Made by a program: the position numbers and the translations under genes
Shown: piece after piece, positions 25,618-37,280 of the stretch
Numbering within the stretch: position 1 is the first letter of the stretch
Layout of the letters: each line of letters opens with the position of its first letter
The notes under the pieces: generated by a model
The model's database searches: none
The model's input: the letters and a program-made list of their open reading frames with translations, nothing else
What the model was told of the DNA's origin: nothing
Assembly (NCBI RefSeq): GCF_006345805.1
Contig: NC_043003.1
Span: 64,356,001-64,420,000 of the forward strand
Reading direction: 5' to 3'
DNA from: Octopus sinensis
Lineage: Eukaryota
Length of the DNA: 64,000 bases

Positions 25618-26340
25618 TTAATCATCTTTTTTATTGGAATCCTTATCGGTTTTCTTTTGAAGGACAGAATATTCTTCCAGCAACCTATCATATTCACGTT
25701 TAGTTGCTTCAGACTGAGATTTCATGGCCATCAGATCAATCTGATTTTGTTTCAATTCACCTTTAGCATTTTGTAATTCCTCCTCTGCTGTTCCCAGCTT
25801 TGCTTTGAGAGCCTGAAGATGTTTAGCGGCATTCTCCTTTTCAGAATTGGCCTGATTCTCTCCTGGGGGTGCTGATGAATTCATTAATCTATTAGCAGCT
25901 TCAGTAGCACTCACAGCTTGCTTATGAGTGGCTTCCAAATCAGTTTGCAGCTGAGCTTGGGTTGTGATCAGTTTGACAATACGATTCAAGACCATCCAGA
26001 GGAACAAAGAAAATCCAGAGATGTAAAAATTACGTTGAGCCCGAAACAGGTTTAAATGCTGATTCTGTCCAACACCTGGCATGACTCCAGTCATGGTATC
26101 CAATTTGTCGATTGCGTTATTATATTTACGAAGGTGCCAAATTGAGTCAAGGAAAGCAACAGCTAAGGCCAACATTAACAATCGAATATACAAATATGAG
26201 TATGTAGATATTAATGATAAAAGGCGAGATTTAAACAATTTTCTCCATGTCAGTGGTGATATGAAAGGCAACAGGAATAAGAAAACCATTCCAATTTCAA
26301 AATATAAAAAACTAGCAATTATTGTCCACTGCAAACTCAT
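25618..26340 (-). CDS. BCAP31: B-cell receptor-associated protein 31/29 (BAP31 family) ER membrane protein, 240 aa, single coding exon
   Basis: MSLQWTIIASFLYFEIG start, three TM helices, LFRAQRNFYISGFSLFL signature, C-terminal coiled coil and KKDD ER-retrieval motif; AG acceptor at 26423-26422 upstream of the ATG. Confidence 0.95.
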   Translation of the reverse strand: MSLQWTIIASFLYFEIGMVFLFLLPFISPLTWRKLFKSRLLSLISTYSYLYIRLLMLALAVAFLDSIWHLRKYNNAIDKLDTMTGVMPGVGQNQHLNLFRAQRNFYISGFSLFLWMVLNRIVKLITTQAQLQTDLEATHKQAVSATEAANRLMNSSAPPGENQANSEKENAAKHLQALKAKLGTAEEELQNAKGELKQNQIDLMAMKSQSEATKREYDRLLEEYSVLQKKTDKDSNKKDD

Positions 26341-26619
26341 GATGAATATATGAGTTTGATGTGTGCAGGTGTGGTTGAGTATGCAGTTGTAGAACTTTTT
26401 GCTTTTGATTGGATTCAATACCTGTAGATAAATAAAAACAAAAACAATTACATAAACATGAATATTAAATATAGGTGTACAACAGATTTTATACAAACAT
26501 TTTCAAAAAAAGAAGAGAAACAGATCATTTCTAAAACAAGTTTACTTTTGTGGAGTATACTACATCATCATCATCATTTAACGTCTACTTTCCTATGTTT
26601 GCATAAAGCAGCCAGATGG

Positions 26620-26900
26620 TCGATGCCAGTGCCACCTGACTGGCTCCCATGTCGGTGGCACGTAAAAAAGCACCATCCGAACGTGGTCAATGCTAGTGCT
26701 GCCTGACTGGCTCCCATGCCGGTGGCACATAAAAAGCACCATTTGAATATGGTTAATGCCAGTGCCACCTGACTGGCTCCCATGCCGGTGGCACGTAAAA
26801 AGCACCATTCGAATGTGGTCAATGCCAGTGGCACATAAAAAGCAACATTTGAACGTGGTCAATGCCAGTGCTGCTTGACTGACTCCCATGCCAGTGGCAT
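26620..26900. repeat. About 66-bp tandem repeat (about 4 units) within an interspersed repeat
   Basis: Recurring GCCAGTGCCACCTGACTGGCTCCCATGCCGGTGGCACGTAAAAAGCACCA. Confidence 0.8.
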
Positions 26901-28129
26901 TGGAGCCTGGTACAGCCTTCTGGCTTGCCAGTCCTCAATCAAACCGTTCAACCCATGCCAGCATGGAAAGCAGACATTAAACGATCATGATGATTTGTTG
27001 AGGTAGATTTTCTAGAGTTGGATGCCCCTTTTGCCCTTAACCTTGACTTATTTCCAAGCAAATTATAATTCCCCATGGCCAGACAGCTTTTCCATGAAAG
27101 ACTGGAAACTAACAACTTTGCTTGCATAACAATGACACTCATTTACTTGCAACCCATTATGTTTAAACAAGGCTACACATATACAGACATATTTATATAT
27201 ACATGACAGGCCTCTTTCGGTTTTTATCAACCAAATCCACTTACAAGATTTGGTCAGCCCCGAGCTACAGTAGAAGACAGGCTCAAAGTGCTGTGCAGTG
27301 GGATTGAATCCAAGACAACATAGTTTGCCTGCACCTAACCACATATATAAAATCATCATTTCCTGTCTGCCTTCCATACTGGCACAGGTTGGATCCTTTG
27401 ACGAGATCCATTGGGTCAGACGACTACATGATGTTCCAGTCTTAGTTTTGGCATAGTTTAACAACTGGATGCCCTTCCTAATGCAAACCACTTTACAAAG
27501 TATATTGGAGACTTGTTCCACAGCAACAGCACTAGTGAGGTCACCATATTCCTTGCAAGATGAAAGAGTCCTGTCAACTGAGGGAAATATAGTAGAACAG
27601 GAGGTAGCTTTATGCTAGGTGTTGAGAAAGGGGACAGGAACAATATGTTGCTCACTTCATATTATCATATAAGGCTGGTACAAATAAATGGGTTGGAACC
27701 AAGAGGTAGAGATAATAGATATAAGAAGGTGACTAGAGCCAGAAGATGGCAAAAGGGTGTGTGTGATGGGGAAGTGAGATGATTAGAAATACAAGTAGGA
27801 CTGAATTGAATAGTGAACACGTGTGTATGTCGGTATATATTAGGGGATATTTGAATGTGTATGAAGGAGAGAGAGAGAGAGCGTTAAGGTGTACACACTT
27901 ACCCTTGCTATCAAAAGAAGCCACCTGGTGACAAAAAGACCATCCTCTCCTGATAGTTGGTGCTTGTCCTTTGTGGAATTGGGGCAAAACTAAGATTTAC
28001 CAAGTATATAACTATATCTGTGTTTCACTGACATATGCAAGGACCCATTGCTCTCATGCAAATGCATGTAAAAGTCTTTCTCAAAGTTGTCAAACACAGT
28101 CCCCCAAGAGCTCCATCACTCTTCTCAAG

Positions 28130-30685
28130 ACCACAAACTTAGAGCTGACATGATCAATGCCAGCACAACGTACAGTAGGTCTGGTGAGATTGTTGATATG
28201 CTAGAGCAGAGAAATATAGATGTGTGTTGTGTGCTAGAAGTACAATGGAGGAGAGCATCAGTTAACTTGTGGACAAAGAATGTTGATACAAATTCTTCTA
28301 GGTAGAGAGTAATGACAGGGTAGGTGGTGTAGTTATACTTTTGGTGGAAAGTGTTGTGTGATGTAATAGTGACAGTTTTCTCTGTATGCTCTACATGCTG
28401 GACTGGCAATAAAATGAGGGACTGTTTCTGTGAGTCCTTTTGCAGACTATGGCAATGACATCTGTTTGGTGAATTCAACAGTCATGTCTGGCAACACTCC
28501 AGTGAATTTTATGGTGTGCATGGAGGGTTTGACTTTGGTACTAGAAATCAGGAGGAAACAAGTCTGCTGGAGTTCTGAGATGCAAATGACTTGTAGGTCT
28601 GCAACACTACCTTCAAGAAAAACCAACCAGCCACTTAATCACTTATTAATCTAGTGGGTGCACAAAGTAGATTAACTACATTCTCTCCAGAAACAGGGAT
28701 AGACAGATGCTTGTAAATGCAAAGTTCTTCCCTGATGAATAGTTAACGACTTCAGACTTAGGGTTAGATGGACTCAGACACACAAACCAGTTTAGAAAAG
28801 GAATACATGGAAGCTTAAAGATCTATTAAACAGTTAGACATTTAGAGACATTCTGATTAATGCATATGATGAGGAGGAAGAGAGAGTGATGTAGAGAACA
28901 ACTGAAAGTTCTTACAGGGAAATCTGAAGGCTACAGACCAAATCTGTGATTGGGGCAAAGTTTTTGCCAGACCAAGGGTGAAATAGTGGTGGAACAGTTA
29001 CGCAGACAGGGTCATAAAAGCAAGGAGACAGGTTTGGAATGACTGGAGAAATGGAGGCAGCAAAAAGCTACATCAGGTAACTAAAAGGAAAATTAGGTAA
29101 CATGTTAATTTAGCAAGGGTGGAAGCAGAAAGGAAGAGGTTTGCTAAGTTTTACAGCATGAAGATCAAAGATGTGAGAGAAGTGTGTATGGATGGATAAT
29201 GGTAAGCTTGCATTCAGTGACTCTTAAAAGAAAGGGCCTGGAAGTGTTACTATGAAAGGTTATTAAATGTGAAGAATGCATGGGAGAAAGGGAGTCTCCC
29301 AAATGTGAACCCAGAGGGACTAGCTATCCTAGTTGACAGCAATATGATAGATAAGGGAATGAAGACAGGGTCCGTTGATAATTACTGCTGAAATGCTTAA
29401 AATATCTGGCAGAGTAGAATGTAGTCTAGTCACATATAATAATGAGGCTATTCAGGAGGTTGTCATCCCCAATGACTGGTATAGCAGCATTATCATCCAT
29501 TGCTAGAAGGGTAAGGGAGATGTTTTTGAGAGAAGTAATGACAGAGATATGAAATTGCTGGAACACACCATGAAAGCTAGAGAGTTATAGCACAATTAAT
29601 TAGGAAGAGAATGAGACTAGATGAAAAAATGCAGTTCAATGCCAGAGAGAAGTACTACTGATGCTATCTGTTGAGTCAGACAACTGCAGAAGTATTTAGC
29701 TAAGAATAAACCATTATATTTGACATTAGTTGACCTGAAGCAAGCCTTTGGCAGAATCTCTCACCCTGTGATACGGTGATCTTGGAGAAAGATGAATGCC
29801 TTGTGAAAGCTGTACAAGCTATATACAGGGGTGCAGTCAGTAAAGTGAGTGTTAGCCATGAGTATCAAATATAGTGCACAGGTAAGCATTCATCAGGGCT
29901 CAGATCTCAGTTCCCTCTGATTCATCACTGTCCCCTAGGCTGTAACAGAATTTTAAGACTGGCTGTCCTTAGGGTACTTTATGCTGATGGTTTCTCTCTC
30001 ATAGTGCAATGTGTAACAATTAAAAAAGAAGTTCCAGATGGGGAATAAAAACCTGGAACTGAAGGACCTTGAATGTAGTAAAGAACAAGGTTCTAGTAAA
30101 CAAGAAAACATACAGGACCCTACCCACTTCAGGTAATAGACCCTGCTCAACATGTAGGAAAACTATGGATTTACAAGCAGTTCAGAGGAATTACAAATTT
30201 AATGGAAAAAGTAGTTTGTATGGAGAAAGAGTCAAAAAGACGAAAGATACACAGGAAAATGAATTTACTCAAATACCCAGAAGGCTCCCCAGTGGTAACA
30301 GATAATTTCTGTTATCTAAGTGACCTAGTTAGCAGTGGAGGAGGATGTTCTGAAAGTGTAGTTGCTAGAGTACGAATGGGATGGAGAAAATTCAGGAAGC
30401 TACTACTAATACTGTTGGTAACAAGCTCTCTCAATCCAAGTGAAAGGAAGATGTGTGATGCTTCTGTATGAACAGCAATGCTACATGGTAGTAAAAGGTG
30501 GGCCCAGAATGCAGAGGACATGCAAAGATTAGATGTTGGATGTGCATGTACAACAAAAAGCTAGTGTAGTGAGAGAAAAGTTAGGCATAACTGCAATTAG
30601 GTGTAACGTGCAAGAGAGAAGACTGATGGTTCGGTCATGTGGTGTGTATGGGTGAGGACAGCAACATTAAGAAGTACTGATTGCT
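28130..30685 (+). mobile_element. Heavily decayed, near full-length RTE LINE (endonuclease plus RT pseudogene)
   Basis: EIVDMLEQRNIDVCCVLEVQWR (AP endonuclease), RT remnants, FCYLSDLVSSGGGCSESVVARVRMGWRKFR; many stops. Confidence 0.9.
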
Positions 30686-32704
30686 TAACCCTTTCGTTAC
30701 CAAACTGCCCAAAGCCGCCCGAAAAAAATTTTGGTTAATGTGACCAAGCCGCCCAAACCCGCCCATATTTGACTATTCATATTTAAATGAGAATATCAGA
30801 GCAAATCTCTTTAGTACATTCGTGAAAACAAGTGATTATACTTCGTAAACAGTTCATCTACAGTTTTGTACAACGATTGAAGTGTAATTTTAATTCCGTG
30901 AATTTTGGGAGATTTTTTTCCAAAATTTGTTCCTATTGTGTTTTCAAAATTTGTAATTCTGACAAAAAATGGATACGAATTTCAAGCAGCGAGTCAGAAT
31001 TCAAAGGATTACAAATCACTTCTGTCAATCATCGCCTAGTCTCACCTTTCCCGACTCATATGTATCATTGACCACTCCTTCACCCCTTGACCACCATTCA
31101 CTACATCCATGCCTCAACCCTACATCATCATTTAACATCTGTTGTCCATGCTGGCATGGGTTGGACGGTTTGACCCGGCTGCCATGCTGGAAGGCTGCAC
31201 CAGACTCCAGTGTGATTTGGCGTGGGTTTCTACGGCTGAATGCATTTCCCAACACCAACCACTTAGAGTGTAATGGGTGCTTTTATGTGCCACTGGAGCG
31301 CTTTTATGTGCCACCGGCATGGGTACCAACTGTGTGACACCGGTATCTGTCATGGCTGTGATTTTGCTCAGCTTGATGGATCTTCCTCTCAAGGGCAATA
31401 TAATGCCAAAGGTCTCAGTCATTGCCTCCGTGAGACCCAACACTTGAAACAACCTCAATAATTATCACTTAACCCTTTTCATTAGCAAATACCTATCACC
31501 TGTCAACATTCAGTCATCATTCATTATATTCACCACCTCACTGGTCCCCTCACTCTCTCCATACACTCTACCTTCTGGTGTTAGGAATAGCCTCCACCTT
31601 TAGAAACAATACCAAAGAAGATGTTGGAGCACAGTGCAGTTATTGGACCCAATGGATCCTGCCAAACTGTTCAACCCATGCCAGCATAGAAGATGAATGT
31701 TAAAAGATGATAAGGACAATTTATATATAAGTACAAAAATACATTCACCAAATGAGTACAAATACCTAGATTTTGAAAATATACTAAGATTTTGAGAACA
31801 AAGCATAACCAAAAAATATGTTAGACTTTAAAAAAATATGAGAATGAGAGCTTTCGTCTTACAAGACAAAATCCCACAATGCATTTGCAGTAACCAGTAA
31901 TTGGTTACTTGACTGGTCTATAGAGAAAATCCACTTCATAGATATTATAACCCATAAGATCTTGACATGGATTGTGAATTTCCATTGAAAAATGATAGTG
32001 GTAGACTATCTAAGGAAAAATGGAAAGAGACAACACCAGCTAAATCATAAGAGCCAAAATGAATACATCACCCAAATGCTTAAAACTGAATTGAATAACA
32101 TCCTATGGGTTAGTACTGAACTCATCAAGAAACACCCAGTTCCTGATGACCCCTCACTCATGACTGCTATGTCGCATCACATCTCAAAGTTTATGCTTTT
32201 AAAATCCATAGGCAGGAGGCAGCTATGAAATATCTCCTGAACAAATGGGATAGCAAAGCCCTAAAGATCAAAGTAAATTTGGTCACTGTTGGTTAGTCTC
32301 AGTCTTGAGTGAACATATGATAAAAAGAAGTCATGACCATCCCATCGTTTTGTGAATTATATTACCTGATAAGCTTTTAAGCTGGCCATACCTAACTCAA
32401 ATATTCTACTTAATTCATGCTCAAATCAGTCAAATCCAATCTCATTCACATATCCTACAAAGTCATTTATAGAAAATGAACAAGCACAAGTAGGTTATCA
32501 AAAGCTCGAATCTACAAGATTAATGCAAAACAATGTGAATAAATAAGCATTACACTTGACAGAGTAATAGGAATGTGAGAGGGTTAAGGAGTGTTAATTG
32601 GGGGACGTTTGTCTACTGTTTCAAGCAGGTTTACTGAGCACACAGAACTCCTTTGTTGAACAGCAAGATAACAGTCATAAACTGTTGTATCTTTTTTTTT
32701 CTTC

Positions 32705-33297
32705 TTTATTGCCCACAAGAGGCTAAATATAGAGGTGGACAAACAAAGACAAAGGGATTAAGTTGATTACATCGACCCCAGTGCGTAACTGGTACTTAAT
32801 TTATCGACCCCGAAAGGATGAAAGGCAAAGTCGACCTCGGCGGAATTTGAACTCAGAACATAACAGCAGATGAAATACCTATTTCTATTTCTTTATTACC
32901 CACAAGGGGCTAAACACAGAGGGGACAGACATAGGTATTAAGTCGATTACATCGACCCCAGTGCGTAACTGGTACTTAATTTATCGACCCCGAAAGGATG
33001 AAAGGCAAAGTCGACCTCGGCGGAATTTGAACTCAGAACATAACAGCAGATGAAATACCTATTTCTATTTCTTTATTACCCACAAGGGGCTAAACACAGA
33101 GGGGACAAACAAGGACAGACATAGGTATTAAGTCGATTACATCGACCCCAGTGCGTAACTGGTACTTAATTTATCGACCCCGAAAGGATGAAAGGCAAAG
33201 TCGACCTCGGCGGAATTTGAACTCACAACGTAACGCAGACGAAATACCGCTAAGCATTTCGCCCGGCGTGCTAACGTTTCTGCCAGCTCGCCGCCTT
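32705..33297 (-). mobile_element. SINE family B with three tandem internal units (about 180-190 bp)
   Basis: Core recurs at about 32762, 32942 and 33132; single head at 33297. Confidence 0.9.
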
Positions 33298-34671
33298 ACA
33301 CTGTTGCATCTTACAAGCGAGAAAATATTGTCAGGCAGGAATACAGCAGATGTTACTTCATCTATGAGAAAATAAGTCTCACTCCATCGAACACTATTTC
33401 GTTTCTTCAAAGAGGCAGCATGAGGCATAAGTTACTTGTTTTCATTAATTCATCGAAGTGGTTGGTATATAAAACTGTGAGGTATGAGTTAACTTAAGAA
33501 GGGTGTGACAGGTGATGGTAGGAAGGACTAGCAGCGTTTCAGTTACATATGTGGATATACTTACATATGCCGCATACACACAAAATTGACTTTGGGGTGT
33601 ATTATTTTATGGTGATGAATATATTTTGTATCCATAAATTGATCAAATTCATCTTTCACACTAATTATTAACAAATTATTAAGGAATAAACTTAGCTATA
33701 ACTATACCATTTAATACCTAAAATGTTGTTTAATGCACATCTACAGTAATTGAGCTAACACAAAAGAATTTCCACTATGATCATACTTCCGTCCTTTATC
33801 AAGTTTCACTGGTGCTACTTTAGTGTACAGTCCTACCACTATCTGCAATCTACTCTATGAACTGACCTGGTTTTCTGGTTTAGGGTTGGGGTTCAGGACT
33901 AGGGTGAGAGGGTTACTGTTAAGATTAGGTTGCAAGCTAAAGTATAAATGGCCAGGTAGACTTCACAATAAAGTGACACTGATTTATCTTGTCTTATCTA
34001 TGATGGTAGTGTTCAGTTTGAGAGATTTAGTTGCTATTTCTTGTTGGTCAAGTGATTGCAAAGAAATTCTCTCATTGGATTGATGTATTGGAAAATCCTA
34101 TTGAAAGGGTTAACAGGATTGCATATTCTGTTATTGTTTTAAGTAAATGGTGTATGACTTAATGGTTAGTGTATTCGGCACACGATCATAAGACCATGAG
34201 TTCAATTCCTAGTGATGCAATGTGTCCTTGAGCAAGACACTTTATTTCACATTGCTCCAGTTCACTCAGCTGGCAAAAATGAGTAGAACCTGTACATCAA
34301 AGGGCCAGCCATGTCACAACCTGTATATCACTGAGTCTCGCCGAGAATTACATTAAGGGAACGTGTCTCTGGAGTGCTCGGCCACTTGCACATTAATTCC
34401 ATGACCAAGCAGTTCCATTAATCGGATCAACTGGAACCCTCGTCACCTACAGAGTGCTCTAAGTAAAAGATGGGCTCTATTGAGAGACATGTCATTTAAG
34501 AAAAGGATTTAATAAGACCATCATCTTGAGAGCATGCCTTTACACAAATATAAAAATTGGTAGAAGTGGGGAGCCTTCCCAGGCAGCACTTATGAGTCTG
34601 CAGTATAAGCCTGTACAAAGAATAGGCAGATGGGAGTTGCAGGGCGACAGCAAACTCAAGTGGTTCACACT

Positions 34672-34895
34672 ACCCTTTAGCATTTAAACCGGTCACGTCC
34701 AACCCAAATATTGTGCCCATTTTATGATCAAACCAGCCAGATCTGGTCTCTTACACCTACTCTACAATGTCATTCTTAAAATAAACAATTGGATCATCGA
34801 AATCTCAAACCTACGAGATACTGCATGATTAATTTAAAACAATATGAATAAATAAGCTTTACATTTGAAGAGTAAACTGAATGCTAAAAGGTTAA
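34672..34895. mobile_element. piggyBac-type (TTAA) MITE
   Basis: CCCTTTAGCATT...AATGCTAAAAGG-TTAA ends; related copies near 23560-23722 and 32380-32587. Confidence 0.65.
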
Positions 34896-35094
34896 AACCC
34901 TACAGTTTCAAAAATTGTAGATCAGGTTGGGATACGGGACTAGTTTTAGATAACCTGAAAAAAGACAAAAAGAAAAGGCTTGAACTCTTCATTCTAAGCC
35001 TGTTCAGACAAGCCTGGCATGGGAGTTAAACTACTTCCTTTCAACCCTTTAGCCTTTAAACTGGACATATCCAGCCCAAATATTTTACCTAGTT

Positions 35095-35915
35095 TCTATT
35101 CAAACCAGCCTGGTCCAACCTCTTACATCTACCCTATGATATCATTCTCAAAAAATATTGCATCACTGAAATGTTCAAACCAGCCCGGTCCAGTCTCTTA
35201 AACCTACCCTATGATATCATTTTAAGGAAATATTGCATCACTGAAATGTTCAAACATTCCAGATCCAGTCTCTTACACCTACCCTATGATATCATTCTCA
35301 AAAACTATTACATCACTGCAATGTTCCAACAGGCCAGATCCAGTCTCTTAAACCTACCCTATGATATCATTCTCAAAAACTATTACATCACTGCAATATT
35401 CCAACCTGCCAGATCCAGTCTCTTAAACCTACCCTATGATATTCTCAAAAACTATTACATCACTGCAATGTTCCTACCTGCCAGATCCAGTCTCTTACAC
35501 CTACCCTATGATATCATTCTAAGGAAATATTACATCACTGAAATGTTCAAACCTGCCAGATCCAGTCTCTTACACCTACCCTATGATATTGTTCTAAGGA
35601 AATATTACTTCAATGCAATGTTCAAACCTGCCAGATCCAGGCTCTTACACCTACCCTATGATATCAATCTAAGGAAATATTACATCACTGAAATGTTCAA
35701 ACCTGCCAGATCCAGTCTCTTACACCTACCCTATGATATCATTCTAAGGAAATATTACATCACTGAAATATTCCAACCTGCCAGATCCAGTCTCTTAAAC
35801 CTACCCTATGATATCATTTTAAGGAAATATTGCATCACTGAAATGTTCAAACCCGCTAGATCCAGTCCTGCATAATCCTATGATGTCATTTTCAAAAAAT
35901 CTTACATCACTGAAA
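35095..35915. repeat. 75-bp minisatellite (about 11 units) inside a piggyBac-type MITE (35041-36010)
   Basis: Unit TCACTGAAATGTTCAAACCTGCCAGATCCAGTCTCTTACACCTACCCTATGATATCATTCTAAGGAAATATTACA; flanks match the MITE at 34672-34895. Confidence 0.9.
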
Positions 35916-36104
35916 TTTTGAAACTGCAAGATAATAGATGACTAATTTCAAACCATGTGAATAAATGAAGTATAACATTTGACAGGTTAATCCGAATGCT
36001 ACACAGTTAAAGAATGTTGCAAATTTTATCAAAGAAATCCTGACTCAGTAACAGAACTCCTGATAAAATTTAAGTCATGTATTCAACTAATGAAAGCTTT
36101 AGTG

Positions 36105-36240
36105 CAGTGGTTCCCAACTCTTCTATTTATATGAGTTTTGCCACAGGCCCCTTTTAATACGCTTATCCTTATATATATATATATATATATATATTTCAAA
36201 TTCTGAATTTAGTTCATGGACCCCTAGTTGGGAACCACTG
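36105..36240. mobile_element. hAT (Charlie-like) MITE
   Basis: TIR CAGTGGTTCCCAACT/AGTTGGGAACCACTG; 8-bp TSD ctttagtg/ctttcgtg. Confidence 0.8.
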
Positions 36241-36879
36241 CTTTCGTGGCTCTTAACCTAGGTAGTAGCATCTTTAGGGGTCATTGTGAGCTTACAAGAA
36301 AGGATGGGGCAAGAAAGTACTGAATATTTAGAGGGATCATGAAAAAAAAAAAACATTATTTAAACTAAGAATAATCTTTAATCTTTTACTTGCTTTGCAC
36401 ATTGGACTGCGACCATACTAGGGCACCACTTCAAAGGGTTTTGACAAATCAACCCCAGTACTTAATTCTTAAGTCCGGTACTTATTCTACAGATCTCACA
36501 CACACAAGCATTTATAGGAAGGGCTTCCGCACAGTCTCCATCAACCAATTTCACTAACAAAGCATTGTTCGACCTGAGCCTATAGAAGACACATGGCTTA
36601 GTTGCCGTATTGCACAACTGAACCCAAAACTACATGGTTGCAAAACAAGCTTCTTAACCGCACAACCAATACCTTGTATTTATTATAAACACAGTTTCAA
36701 ATAATCTTCGTCGTGATTAGTAATGTGATTAAGAGATTGTCATCATGACGGATTACGTGCCAAGGTCCAACATAATTTCGTTATACAAATCTTTTGCCTT
36801 TTTTATTAATTTCTAGAAAGAAAAAAAAAACTCAAACATATAGGACACTATACAAAAATCTAAAAAGATCAGGTCATAT

Positions 36880-37280
36880 TAGAACAGATGGCGAATAAAC
36901 CACGAAACAGAATTGGTTTGTTTAGCAAACAAGAGCAAGAGGCGTTTATGAAACGGCATTCGGTGAATAAAGATGCGCGGAGTTACCGGGAATCACTGAG
37001 ATCAGTATATCTTATAGATAGTAGTATTTCACTTTATGAAATTCATATAACGGTCACGTTTAGAACGCTCTTAAAACACGAGATGGTCACGGTCGGAATT
37101 CTTGTTTGTGATTGGAACGCCTTTAGAAATACGCGTTTTTTTTTTTTTATAGTTATTTTTCCGCGGGTCCAGCATCCACGAAATCAGACTTTTTATTTTC
37201 ATTTTTTAATTTCTTTTTTTGGAGAGTTTTCTACCACGGAGCCTAAACTACGGAATATCCGTGAATTTAATGTATATACA
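36880..37280 (-). promoter_or_regulatory. CpG-rich unique segment: probable BCAP31 promoter and non-coding first exon
   Basis: Abrupt CpG enrichment in non-repeat DNA; candidate - strand donor CCG|GTAACT at 36987/36986; CCAAT on - strand near 37111-37115. Confidence 0.4.

Noticed and set aside
26341-26496. 52-aa N-terminal extension of the BCAP31 ORF
   Set aside because: It crosses the splice acceptor at 26422, and family homology starts at MSLQW
35095-35915. CRISPR-like array or a real 234-aa repeat protein
   Set aside because: Contiguous tandem units with no unique spacers, eukaryotic context and MITE origin; no evidence of coding function
37085-37116. ER stress element (CCAAT-N9-CCACG) in the putative BCAP31 promoter
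   Set aside because: CCAAT is present on the - strand but there is no CCACG at the required spacing
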